Source: Escherichia phage vB_EcoM_phAPEC6. From it: a stretch of DNA of 64,000 bases. The DNA is taken from the sequence record MK817115.1; one strand, given 5' to 3'. Made by a program: the position numbers and the translations under genes. Positions within the stretch are counted from its first letter, which is position 1; each line of letters starts with the position of its first letter. Of the stretch, positions 38,121 through 46,096 are shown piece by piece. Below the pieces are notes generated by a model. It saw only the letters and a program-made list of their open reading frames with translations, did no database searches and had not been told where the DNA came from.

Positions 38121-38374
38121 ACTTTTTTCATATAAACATTAAATTCTACACCGCCGTAACCTTCTACGATGATATGTTTTGCGTTATCACGTTTGCACAT
38201 AGTGAAACCGTTGTTGATGTGTTCTGCATTTTCCAGGGCGACATCACCGATAGCGGCACATACGGCACTAATAACAGTATTCCGCAAAGTACTGGTATCA
38301 TTAGCGGTCATAGTAGTTTGCAGTACTACGTTGTCGTATACGTGTGCATTGATAGTGATTTCGATAGTGTTCAT
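38111..38374 (-). CDS. hypothetical protein (87 aa)
   Basis: ORF track; SD AGGAG. Confidence 0.6.
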   Translation of the reverse strand: MNTIEITINAHVYDNVVLQTTMTANDTSTLRNTVISAVCAAIGDVALENAEHINNGFTMCKRDNAKHIIVEGYGGVEFNVYMKKVLA

Positions 38375-38391
38375 GGTGTATCTCCTGCACA

Positions 38392-38455
38392 GTCGGGAGA
38401 ACTATTCCCCCGCTCTATGTAAAACATTATACGTTAATCTAACTACAATGCAAGT
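38392..38455 (-). promoter_or_regulatory. early-type promoter + 5' GC hairpin cassette (PeSL-like)
   Basis: TTGCAT..TATAAT then hairpin GAGCGGG..CCCGCTC. Confidence 0.55.
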
Positions 38456-38460
38456 ACTTT

Positions 38461-38652
38461 TTAAATTTTATTTCCGATATAGTCCGGTCTATTCTTTTCG
38501 GTCATACGCTTTGCTAATGTTTGCATATGGCTTATTGCGTTTAATGTGTCTTCCTCCAGGGATGAATCAACATAATCAGGATCATTCTTCACCTTGCAAT
38601 GATTATGATAGCGTAGTACTGCCAGTACTTTTTTAACTTCTTCTACTGTCAT
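38461..38652 (-). CDS. hypothetical protein (63 aa)
   Basis: ORF track; start overlaps stop of upstream gene. Confidence 0.55.
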   Translation of the reverse strand: MTVEEVKKVLAVLRYHNHCKVKNDPDYVDSSLEEDTLNAISHMQTLAKRMTEKNRPDYIGNKI

Positions 38653-38921
38653 AATAAGTACCCCACTTCGTTAGCTTTCAGGTTAGTATCAATCATCAGT
38701 GGATTTTTGTAGTTCACAAAACGATTAGTTTTCTCGATAGCGAATCCCATATAATCCAGCTTACTAACAGTACATTCATTCTTAAAAACTTCTTTCGCTG
38801 CATTGATGGCTGATTCAATTGATAACCGACCATCTAAGTTAATGTTTCCAAATGATCCACCAGCAGAAGTAGGATTACCGTTCATATCTTTAATGATCAT
38901 AGTAGCGGAGTAGCTAGACAT
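38649..38921 (-). CDS. hypothetical protein (90 aa)
   Basis: ORF track; SD AAGGAA. Confidence 0.6.
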   Translation of the reverse strand: MSSYSATMIIKDMNGNPTSAGGSFGNINLDGRLSIESAINAAKEVFKNECTVSKLDYMGFAIEKTNRFVNYKNPLMIDTNLKANEVGYLL

Positions 38922-38943
38922 AATTTTGTTTCCTTTTAGTATC

Positions 38944-39002
38944 GGGGAGAACTATTCTCCCCTTGATGTAAACTATTATACAGTACTAAGATACTTTGTC
39001 AA
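38944..39002 (-). promoter_or_regulatory. early-type promoter + 5' GC hairpin cassette (PeSL-like)
   Basis: TTGACA-N16-TATAAT then hairpin GGGGAGAA-cta-TTCTCCCC. Confidence 0.55.
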
Positions 39003-39005
39003 TAC

Positions 39006-39227
39006 TTAATTACGTTTAAAATGATATGTGCCTTTATCATCCTGTACGCCCCATACTGATTTACCATCAACACCAGTGAAACCGGATTGTAATTCAATAT
39101 GGAAACCATTATTATCAACTACAAAAACTTTTTTATTTTCATCCCGATAACATTGATATTCTGAATCAACATTAAAGGCCGCATCATTCAGAAGATTGGA
39201 AGCGTAAATGCAAGTCATTGTAGTCAT
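39006..39227 (-). CDS. hypothetical protein (~73 aa)
   Basis: ORF track 39006..39302; start moved to MTTMTCIYAS Met behind SD AAGGAA. Confidence 0.55.
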   Translation of the reverse strand: MTTMTCIYASNLLNDAAFNVDSEYQCYRDENKKVFVVDNNGFHIELQSGFTGVDGKSVWGVQDDKGTYHFKRN

Positions 39228-39247
39228 GATTTTATTCCTTATTGCCA

Positions 39248-39308
39248 GGGAGAACCATTTCCCCCTCTCGATATAAAACATTATACTTGATTCTAAGTAC
39301 AATGCAAG
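39248..39308 (-). promoter_or_regulatory. early-type promoter + 5' GC hairpin cassette (PeSL-like)
   Basis: TTGCAT-N16-TATAAT then hairpin GGGAGAACCATTTCCCCC. Confidence 0.55.
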
Positions 39309-39422
39309 TACTTTTTATCAAATACTTTAAAATAGTTTTCAGTACTGAATACTTATATAATAGATACACTTATGCACCCTGTGGGTCAGTGAGTTATCTC
39401 TCAATGAATATATATTAGCAAA

Positions 39423-39450
39423 GGGACTGACCGGAGTCAATCCCTTTTTT
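39423..39450. terminator. intrinsic terminator hairpin (conserved repeat-element copy 2)
   Basis: GGGACTGAC-cgga-GTCAATCCC + TTTTTT on plus; lies just downstream of kinase-like gene stop on minus. Confidence 0.45.
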
Positions 39451-39458
39451 AATCTTTT

Positions 39459-40043
39459 TTATCGTGTTATAGTTACGGCTTTTACATCACGCTTTTTATA
39501 GTACTGATTCCAGATATTGCGGGTTAAACCGTAATCAAGTACTTTAATAAGTCCATTACGATCCTGGCCGATATTCTGTTTTCTGATATCTCTTATCGTT
39601 AGTGTTGATAATGTATCATCGACGTGTTGTAGTGCATCAGCAAAGCGGTGCTGGCGTTCAATGGCATTACGTTTAATATTGTACTTTAATTCGTTGCACG
39701 CGTTAACGTGCTTCACACTGCCTTTACTTGCAGTACTCAACCGATCCATAACGATAAACATATTATCAGGATCGCATAAATGCATATGCACCTTTGCAAA
39801 GTACTGTTTCAATTGAGGGCGGTCATAGTCTAAAAAATTCCATACCTTACATTCAGTTTCATTTTGTTCTACACCCGCATCACAATTGGCGACCTTAATC
39901 ACTAACCGATCATTTAAAGCGAATACGATACGGGAAGAACCCGCCCCGATGATCTCCAGGCCAGCTAACCGACAAGCTGAAAGGATCTCTTTGTTGGTTT
40001 CCATTTCTGACAGTGTACGGATGAATTTAGTATAATTACGCAT
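39459..40043 (-). CDS. putative Ser/Thr protein kinase-like protein
   Basis: ORF track 39459..40100, start moved to Met behind SD AAGGAG; Gly-rich loop IGAGSSRIVF, VIKV lysine, catalytic-loop-like RDIRKQNIG, DYG (DFG-like) motif. Confidence 0.5.
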   Translation of the reverse strand: MRNYTKFIRTLSEMETNKEILSACRLAGLEIIGAGSSRIVFALNDRLVIKVANCDAGVEQNETECKVWNFLDYDRPQLKQYFAKVHMHLCDPDNMFIVMDRLSTASKGSVKHVNACNELKYNIKRNAIERQHRFADALQHVDDTLSTLTIRDIRKQNIGQDRNGLIKVLDYGLTRNIWNQYYKKRDVKAVTITR

Positions 40044-40074
40044 TGCATGTTCTCCTTGAGTTAATGAAACTATC

Positions 40075-40317
40075 TTACAGTACTTTACTATCAATGGCAA
40101 CCACTTTTTTCACACTAACCGCGTGAATCACTTCCTTAGTGTTTTTAGTACTGAATACTTTCGCTGTTCCTTGTTCTACTGCAATGCGATAACGACCGTT
40201 AACATCAACCATATTAATAAAGTCCGGTGTACTAAACCGAGTAGTACGGCATTTCAGTACTGTTAACAATTCCACCAGCGATGTAGTTTCTTTGATACGT
40301 TTTTCTAAAGTAATCAT
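40075..40317 (-). CDS. hypothetical protein (80 aa)
   Basis: ORF track; promoter TTGACA-N17-TACTAT upstream. Confidence 0.6.
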   Translation of the reverse strand: MITLEKRIKETTSLVELLTVLKCRTTRFSTPDFINMVDVNGRYRIAVEQGTAKVFSTKNTKEVIHAVSVKKVVAIDSKVL

Positions 40318-40375
40318 TTTGTTTTCCCCCGTGTTGGTATGTACATATAGTACTAAAACATTTGAGTACTGTCAA

Positions 40376-40594
40376 TTAGATAATAGAATATTTCTTTAGT
40401 GATAATGCGTCTTCTGTCGGTTGATATTCTACACCGTTCCCGTTATCAACCTTAGTGAGTAAACCTTTATCAATGAGTTTTTTGATGGTACGGTTTCCCT
40501 GTTGAAAACTGGTGAAGTGTGAATCATTACGAAAGGTATAACCGTGCTTCACTGCTTCATCAATAGTTTTCTTTTCGATTTTAGATAATTTCAT
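40376..40594 (-). CDS. hypothetical protein (~72 aa)
   Basis: ORF track 40376..40654; start moved to MKLSKIEK Met because promoter TTGACA-N17-TATTAT overlaps the track N-terminus. Confidence 0.55.
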   Translation of the reverse strand: MKLSKIEKKTIDEAVKHGYTFRNDSHFTSFQQGNRTIKKLIDKGLLTKVDNGNGVEYQPTEDALSLKKYSII

Positions 40595-40650
40595 TTTGTT
40601 TCTCTCTCTGTGTTGGTATAGATACATAATACTAAAACAATTGAGTACTG

Positions 40651-40905
40651 TCAACGTGATATTAGTTTTATTTTTTTATTGTATTGTTGGTGTTCATATA
40701 GATTAATTTTTCCAGTACTCTCAATTACTATTCTATTGTTAGTGTCTACATCGATAACACGTAGTTTCCCGTTGCTTAACTTCCTGGGTAATAGACTACC
40801 ATTAATAAACTCATTAGCAAGCTGTACGGCCTTTGTGATGATTCTCTGTGGTGCTTTATAGTGTACCCGCAAGATATTATCTTTAGATAGTTGTACCTTC
40901 ATCAT
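40651..40905 (-). CDS. hypothetical protein (84 aa)
   Basis: ORF track; SD AGGAT. Confidence 0.6.
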   Translation of the reverse strand: MMKVQLSKDNILRVHYKAPQRIITKAVQLANEFINGSLLPRKLSNGKLRVIDVDTNNRIVIESTGKINLYEHQQYNKKIKLISR

Positions 40906-40920
40906 TTTAGTTTATCCTAT

Positions 40921-40946
40921 AAAAAAAGGCGGGAACTGAACCCGCC
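40921..40946 (-). terminator. intrinsic terminator
   Basis: hairpin GGCGGG-aactgaa-CCCGCC with T-run on minus side (A7 on plus) directly after stop of 40970..41365. Confidence 0.5.
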
Positions 40947-40969
40947 GTGTTGTTAGTACTGCAAAGTTA

Positions 40970-41365
40970 TTAGATAACCTGGCGGCGTTTACTGTATACT
41001 GTTACACGGTTTCCTTTACGGTCATGACGGATCTCTTTCTGGTTACGAATCAGTTCACTTGGACGCTTAAGGTTTGCCAGGTGATCCGCGTGAGTCCATG
41101 CATTTGCGTTAACTGTAACTTCAATATCAGAACCTTTCAAAAAGTCATCTTGAGCGTTCAGTACTTCAGCCAGTTCTTGAGCTTGCTTTAGTTCTGCTTC
41201 AGTAAGTACAGGCTCAGGTGAATTCACAATATCAGAGATCTCTTTGAACTGTACCGCCCAGCGTTGTCCTTTCGGTGCATCTTTGCCCATGTCTTTAAAT
41301 GTTTCACCTTCTTCACGAGCAACGATGCGAGCTTGTTCACGGGTAGCGAAGAATTTAGTAATCAT
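40970..41365 (-). CDS. hypothetical protein; paralog of 52987..53253
   Basis: ORF track; shares FATREQAR..TFKDMG..RKGNRVTVY with 52987..53253. Confidence 0.6.
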   Translation of the reverse strand: MITKFFATREQARIVAREEGETFKDMGKDAPKGQRWAVQFKEISDIVNSPEPVLTEAELKQAQELAEVLNAQDDFLKGSDIEVTVNANAWTHADHLANLKRPSELIRNQKEIRHDRKGNRVTVYSKRRQVI

Positions 41366-41464
41366 GGTGTACATCCTATTAGTTAAGTTAATTAGTACTA
41401 CAAGTTAGAGTCTATTATAAAGTACTATCTGGGCAATGTCAAATAGTACTTTAAATGGATTCTA

Positions 41465-41788
41465 TTACATGTCTTTTTTACGTTTTACATCGTAGTAACG
41501 AACTGTAATTTCTTTGTTGATCTCATCCTCAATTCTGTGTAGTACTTTCTCTTTCGGGTTGAAACCTATTACAGTTTCTTTAATGATCTCCAAGCCCGTG
41601 TATTCGCCTTGTGTACCGTAACCGTAAGTAAAGGTTTCATGTCCCAGGTCTTCCCAGCGGTCACCAATCAATGCAGACACGTAGCATGAGTGGTAAGTAT
41701 TGCCGTGGCTATCAGTCCACCGATTAACTTTAATGTCAAAGGAAGTTACAATTTTCATTTCTACTTTCTGGGCAAGGATCATAGTCAT
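41465..41788 (-). CDS. hypothetical protein; paralog of 47657..48001
   Basis: ORF track 107 aa; shared GNTY.S, YGYG, DVKRKKD with 47657..48001. Confidence 0.6.
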   Translation of the reverse strand: MTMILAQKVEMKIVTSFDIKVNRWTDSHGNTYHSCYVSALIGDRWEDLGHETFTYGYGTQGEYTGLEIIKETVIGFNPKEKVLHRIEDEINKEITVRYYDVKRKKDM

Positions 41789-41875
41789 TTTAATTTCTCT
41801 CTTTTTGTTAGGAAGGGAACCATTCCCCTCACTTGATGTAAACTATTATACAGTACTAAGATACTTTGTCAATAC

Positions 41876-42151
41876 TTAAGTATTGTAAATGTCGTGAATA
41901 GTGATAAAGTTTTTACGACCGTAAACATGTAAATCAGTATCAATGTAGTGCTTATCAAGTACATCCTCGACGCTTAAAGCCGTGTCGTGAATATCTTCAT
42001 AGAATTGTGGATCTACAATCTTACTTAAATCATCCGGCGTTAACTTATCATTGAGCCATTGCACCGCCTGGATATCTGCATCACGTTTCCAGTCTTCCAG
42101 GTTAGTAGTCAGTACTTGCTCGATTTCGTTAGCTGTCAGTAGAATCCGCAT
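41876..42151 (-). CDS. hypothetical protein (91 aa)
   Basis: ORF track; promoter + hairpin GTGGGGAActatTCCCCAC upstream. Confidence 0.6.
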   Translation of the reverse strand: MRILLTANEIEQVLTTNLEDWKRDADIQAVQWLNDKLTPDDLSKIVDPQFYEDIHDTALSVEDVLDKHYIDTDLHVYGRKNFITIHDIYNT

Positions 42152-42240
42152 TTTAATTTCTCTCTTTGTTAGGTGGGGAACTATTCCCCACTTGATGTAA
42201 AATATTATACAGTACTAAAAACTATTGTCAAACTATTTTA

Positions 42241-42441
42241 TCAAATTGTTTCCCATTTCATGTTACCCGCTTTACGCTGTGAAACAGGAATAAACATGTT
42301 ATTAATGTTACTAATATAACCGACCTGTAAGTCACGCTGTGAACCATACGCCCGACTTGCTGCATTTTTAGCACCGCGTTCTGATTTATAAACGCCGCTG
42401 GATACTGTAAAGCCTACTACACCGAAAGTAAAATGTTTCAT
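42241..42441 (-). CDS. hypothetical protein (66 aa)
   Basis: ORF track; SD AGAGGA; preceded by tandem promoters and structured leader. Confidence 0.6.
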   Translation of the reverse strand: MKHFTFGVVGFTVSSGVYKSERGAKNAASRAYGSQRDLQVGYISNINNMFIPVSQRKAGNMKWETI

Positions 42442-42507
42442 TTTGTATTCCTCTTTGTGGTTGATGTAAGTATTATACTCGTTTAATTTCTATTGTCAAA
42501 CTATTTT

Positions 42508-42581
42508 ATCAGGGGAGGTTTTCGTATGTCTTACTCCTGGACTACTTAACGGGGTTACTTATTTCGTTCCCCGTCCTGATG
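42508..42581 (-). ncRNA. conserved structured 5' leader element, copy 1
   Basis: ~75 nt between two sigma70-like promoters; closing stem ATCAGG/CCTGAT with two internal hairpins; near-identical copy at 52314-52389, diverged copy near 49351-49421. Confidence 0.35.
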
Positions 42582-42726
42582 TAAAACATTATACTTGATT
42601 CTAAGTACAATGCAAGTACTTTTTAAAAATAGTTTTCAGTACTTGATAGTACTAGCCACCAGCATATAATAGATACATTTATGCACCCTGTGGGTTAGAT
42701 TGTTTCTATGCATATATAATAGCAAA

Positions 42727-42754
42727 GGGACTGACCGGAGTCAATCCCTTTTTT
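42727..42754. terminator. intrinsic terminator hairpin (conserved repeat-element copy 3)
   Basis: GGGACTGAC-cgga-GTCAATCCC + TTTTTT. Confidence 0.45.
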
Positions 42755-42762
42755 AAATCTTT

Positions 42763-42912
42763 TTAAACTTGTTTTGGGTTGCGATATGTGATAGCGTTCG
42801 GGTACATTTGTTTAATGTTATTCCATGCCTGGTTAACATTGTAACCACTTGATCGAATCAGTTGGTTACTTCCTACGCCCTGAAACACTACTTCGAATAA
42901 GAATTCTTTCAT
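42763..42912 (-). CDS. small protein (49 aa), hypothetical
   Basis: own reading: MKEFLFEVVFQGVGSNQLIRSSGYNV...; ATGA overlap with upstream ORF; below track cutoff. Confidence 0.35.
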   Translation of the reverse strand: MKEFLFEVVFQGVGSNQLIRSSGYNVNQAWNNIKQMYPNAITYRNPKQV

Positions 42913-43079
42913 GCTGCAATCCCCTCTGATTTACCTTTACGCCAGGCGTTAGCCAGTTCATTACGTTGCCATACATCCAATGCAATGTATAGTTTAGCAG
43001 TATCCCCTTTAGGGTATTCGCCAGTAGTGCCTAACCGATAAAACAGATCTTTCAGTACTGATAATTCTACTTGGATCAT
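42909..43079 (-). CDS. small protein (56 aa), hypothetical
   Basis: own reading: MIQVELSVLKDLFYRLGTTGEYPKGD...; ATGA overlaps both neighbours. Confidence 0.35.
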   Translation of the reverse strand: MIQVELSVLKDLFYRLGTTGEYPKGDTAKLYIALDVWQRNELANAWRKGKSEGIAA

Positions 43080-43168
43080 TGTATTACTCCTGATTGTGTT
43101 AGTACTTCTACGATGGCATGAATGATCATAAGTACAGCTAACACAACAATCATCGGATTCATTTGCAT
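43076..43168 (-). CDS. hydrophobic micro-protein (30 aa), putative membrane peptide
   Basis: own reading: MQMNPMIVVLAVLMIIHAIVEVLTQSGVIQ; SD GAAGGAG 8 nt upstream. Confidence 0.35.
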   Translation of the reverse strand: MQMNPMIVVLAVLMIIHAIVEVLTQSGVIQ

Positions 43169-43185
43169 AAGCTGTACTCCTTCTA

Positions 43186-43398
43186 TTAATCTTTCAGCCA
43201 ATGATCTTGAATGAATTTTTCACAGAATCCCTGTTTCATAGATTCTAACAGGCGTTCACGGTGAGCGGCGGCATATTGCTCAGTACTATGCGTTACGCCA
43301 GGTTGATAACGTGAAACACCGTCCGGTCCGATATATTGAACATCCCACGGTTTTTCGTTAGTATCAGACCATTTACGAACGATTAGTTGACCTTGCAT
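43186..43398 (-). CDS. hypothetical protein (70 aa)
   Basis: ORF track; SD AGAGGAA. Confidence 0.6.
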   Translation of the reverse strand: MQGQLIVRKWSDTNEKPWDVQYIGPDGVSRYQPGVTHSTEQYAAAHRERLLESMKQGFCEKFIQDHWLKD

Positions 43399-43415
43399 GT
43401 TTCTTTCCTCTTAGT

Positions 43416-43476
43416 GGGGAGAATCATTTCTCCCCTTCATGTAAACTATTATACAGTACTATAATCTATTGTCCAG
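43416..43476 (-). promoter_or_regulatory. early-type promoter + 5' GC hairpin cassette (PeSL-like)
   Basis: TGGACA-N16-TATAAT then hairpin GGGGAGAA-tcat-TTCTCCCC. Confidence 0.55.
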
Positions 43477-43483
43477 TACTTTT

Positions 43484-43672
43484 TTACAGTTTATGAATCA
43501 ATTCTTTATCTAAGCGATAGCGTACATTATTAATGGTAACAGCATTATTTTTAATGCTACGCTGTACTGGCCCACCAGCAATAACAAACGTTGCTTTATT
43601 ACCCCGAACAATGATAGCACTACCAGGATTGCCAAAATCATCTTGTACTAAAATACTTGATAAGTTTTCCAT
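43484..43672 (-). CDS. hypothetical protein (~62 aa)
   Basis: ORF track 43484..43678; start moved 2 codons to Met behind SD AGAGGAA. Confidence 0.55.
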   Translation of the reverse strand: MENLSSILVQDDFGNPGSAIIVRGNKATFVIAGGPVQRSIKNNAVTINNVRYRLDKELIHKL

Positions 43673-43750
43673 TTTCATTTCCTCTTAGTAGGGGAAGACG
43701 TTTCCCCTTGATGTAAGTACTATAACAGTACTGGAAACTAAATGCAAGTA

Positions 43751-44107
43751 CTACGATAAAATCATGATAGGATATTCACTATCGATCAGTACTTCAAATC
43801 CAAAACTTTCATACCATTCTTTAAGATTAAAGGCGTTATCTTCTCCCGTATCGCATTCTAAAATGATACAATCTGAATCATCGGCGGCATCAATAAAGGC
43901 GTTCATCAATTCCGTACCTTCACCATTACCCCGACTAGCAGGATCAACATAAAGAGAATCAATAAACGCTACACGGTCATAATCAAGATCCGGTGCAATG
44001 ATTCCACGTTTAACAAACCAGTACTGCAATTGTGCTACTTTGCCCTGTACTTGATAGCCAGTGATCTCGCCATTGTCAGTAGTACGCGTGGTATGTTGTA
44101 TTCCCAT
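43751..44107 (-). CDS. GNAT-family N-acetyltransferase-like protein
   Basis: ORF track 118 aa; acetyl-CoA-binding-like RGNGEGTELM and C-terminal WYESFGFE resembling GNAT motifs A/B. Confidence 0.45.
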   Translation of the reverse strand: MGIQHTTRTTDNGEITGYQVQGKVAQLQYWFVKRGIIAPDLDYDRVAFIDSLYVDPASRGNGEGTELMNAFIDAADDSDCIILECDTGEDNAFNLKEWYESFGFEVLIDSEYPIMILS

Positions 44108-44170
44108 GATTTCTATCCTCAGTTAAGATATAAAATATTATACACTATCTTTCAGTACTGTCAATACTTT

Positions 44171-44428
44171 TTATCTCATAGATCTATGCCAACAATTACG
44201 CGGATCTCTTTTAAAAGTACTATCATGATCCTCCTGGCAAGTTATGCAATACTTACATCCCTTAACAGCCTGGCGGCGATTCTCAGGGATTTTATCGCCA
44301 CAGTCGAGGCAATGTATCAGTGATTCTATTTGTGCGTTAATTTGCTTTCTAGCGTGGTTTACGGCGGCCTGAATCACTGCGTTAATCTCGTCTTGCTCGG
44401 CCCCGTCTTTCGCGAATCCTACAGCCAT
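44171..44428 (-). CDS. TraR/DksA-type C4 zinc-finger protein
   Basis: ORF track 85 aa; CLDCGDKIPENRRQAVKGCKYCITCQ (CxxC-N17-CxxC, as in TraR/DksA family). Confidence 0.45.
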   Translation of the reverse strand: MAVGFAKDGAEQDEINAVIQAAVNHARKQINAQIESLIHCLDCGDKIPENRRQAVKGCKYCITCQEDHDSTFKRDPRNCWHRSMR

Positions 44429-44625
44429 TATTTTAACTTTTTTCTGTCATTGATTAATGCTTTCAGTACTATACTAATGATTTGCAATGATTCATCAATA
44501 ACTATAAAATTATTTTCTTTCATTAGATGATAGTTACCATTGATATTATATTCTAACGAGTACTGTTTACGTTTAATTTTTGATAATGTTTCTATTTGTT
44601 TTTGTACTGATTTCATGCTAATCAT
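44428..44625 (-). CDS. hypothetical protein (65 aa)
   Basis: ORF track; translationally coupled to downstream gene (TAATG). Confidence 0.55.
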   Translation of the reverse strand: MISMKSVQKQIETLSKIKRKQYSLEYNINGNYHLMKENNFIVIDESLQIISIVLKALINDRKKLK

Positions 44626-44730
44626 TGTTAAACGTCCTGTAACGCATTCTAACGAGATAAACGGTTTAGTACTGGCATTGTATAGGGTAATGGATTAAAG
44701 CCCACCAGCGTTAACCAGTGGGCTATAATC

Positions 44731-44874
44731 TTACATCTTGCGGATAATCTTAACAGTATCTTTCACCGATTTACCGTTTTGCTGACATTGTTCGATCATC
44801 GCGTATTGTTCTGCGGTCAGATCCTCGCCAGTTTTTGCCAGTACTGCATCGATGAATGAATCTAGTGCGATCAT
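44731..44874 (-). CDS. small protein (47 aa), hypothetical
   Basis: own reading: MIALDSFIDAVLAKTGEDLTAEQYAMIEQCQQNGK...; own promoter TTGACA-N16-TATAAT upstream. Confidence 0.35.
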   Translation of the reverse strand: MIALDSFIDAVLAKTGEDLTAEQYAMIEQCQQNGKSVKDTVKIIRKM

Positions 44875-44973
44875 TTTGTTTCTCTCTTAGGTTAAGTTAA
44901 CTACTGTTTATAAAACTTATTATACAGTACTATCAAACTATGTCAATATCTTTAATAGTACTGGTAATATATT

Positions 44974-45153
44974 TTAGCGGTAGTCGTCGTATGCTTTATT
45001 CACCTGGCGAATGTAACTTTCAAAGGCTTCGTCTACCGTTTCATACTCCCGAACATAATCACCATAGGAAACTACATACATCCCTTTTTGATCTTCAAAC
45101 GTCATGATGATAGAATCCAGGCCGATGATTTCAGTTTTTGCGATGATAGCCAT
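44974..45153 (-). CDS. small protein (59 aa), hypothetical
   Basis: own reading: MAIIAKTEIIGLDSIIMTFEDQKGMYVV...; SD AGGAA; own promoter TTGACA-N16-TATAAT. Confidence 0.4.
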   Translation of the reverse strand: MAIIAKTEIIGLDSIIMTFEDQKGMYVVSYGDYVREYETVDEAFESYIRQVNKAYDDYR

Positions 45154-45234
45154 TTTTAATTCCTTAGTAGTGTAGTTGATAAAACTTATTATACAGTACT
45201 ATCAAACTATGTCAATAGTACTGTGATAATATTT

Positions 45235-45447
45235 TTAGTTAATGATAGTCAGTGTAAAATTGTAATCCCCTGCCTGGTATAGTACTTTGTCGCCGAACGT
45301 ACCAACACGTTTCATATTGCAATAGATACCCATAACACTTTTTACATCTTTGATATTCCGAACGCCTGTGATATCCTTGTTGAAATTTTCATGATCAGAA
45401 AATAAAACTTGTTTTGCATTTTTCAGTACAGTGCAGATATTAGCCAT
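45235..45447 (-). CDS. hypothetical protein (70 aa)
   Basis: ORF track; SD AGAGAA. Confidence 0.6.
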   Translation of the reverse strand: MANICTVLKNAKQVLFSDHENFNKDITGVRNIKDVKSVMGIYCNMKRVGTFGDKVLYQAGDYNFTLTIIN

Positions 45448-45467
45448 TTTGATTTCTCTTTGTTAGT

Positions 45468-45527
45468 GGGGAGAACTATTCTCCCCTTGATGTAACTTAT
45501 TATACAGTACTATAATCTATTGTCAAA
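45468..45527 (-). promoter_or_regulatory. early-type promoter + 5' GC hairpin cassette (PeSL-like)
   Basis: TTGACA-N16-TATAAT then hairpin GGGGAGAA-cta-TTCTCCCC. Confidence 0.55.
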
Positions 45528-45540
45528 CTATTTTTTAATA

Positions 45541-45882
45541 TTATTCAAAATCTTCTGGACCGGACTGATAATCATCTTCACCGTATGCACTTTCTAACTT
45601 CTCGCCAGTGTGATCATCAGTTAGTGAGTCATCCTCATAGTTCACGTCTACGCCCGTGATGTAAAACTGGCTATCGTCTGGATCATTGAAATTAATTTTC
45701 TGAATGTTTACAATAACGGTATTGATGCCCAGGACACCGCCATCAGCAGTTACAAAGTACTGATAGTTTTCACAACCGCCTGTATTGAAACCGTAATTAA
45801 TTTCGGCCCGACCATCATTTAAACGCAGTGCCTGGGCGATGATTTCGTTTTCAAAGTTAGATTGAGCAATTGAGATAGTCAT
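45541..45882 (-). CDS. hypothetical protein (~113 aa)
   Basis: ORF track 45541..45945; start moved to MTISIAQS Met downstream of hairpin. Confidence 0.55.
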   Translation of the reverse strand: MTISIAQSNFENEIIAQALRLNDGRAEINYGFNTGGCENYQYFVTADGGVLGINTVIVNIQKINFNDPDDSQFYITGVDVNYEDDSLTDDHTGEKLESAYGEDDYQSGPEDFE

Positions 45883-46065
45883 GATTCGTTTCCTTATTAC
45901 CAGGGGAAACCGTTTCCCCTCTCGATGTAAAACATTATACGCCAATTGAGATAGTTTGCAAGTACTTTTTAAAAATAGTTTTCAGTACTCAATACTTATA
46001 TAATAGATACACTTATGCACCCGGTGGGCTAGTGAGCTATCTCTCAATGAATATATAATAGCAAA

Positions 46066-46094
46066 ATGGCTGACCGAAGTCAACCACTTTTTTC
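46066..46094. terminator. intrinsic terminator hairpin (conserved repeat-element copy 4, diverged)
   Basis: TGGCTGAC-cgaa-GTCAACCA + TTTTTT. Confidence 0.4.
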
Positions 46095-46096
46095 AT

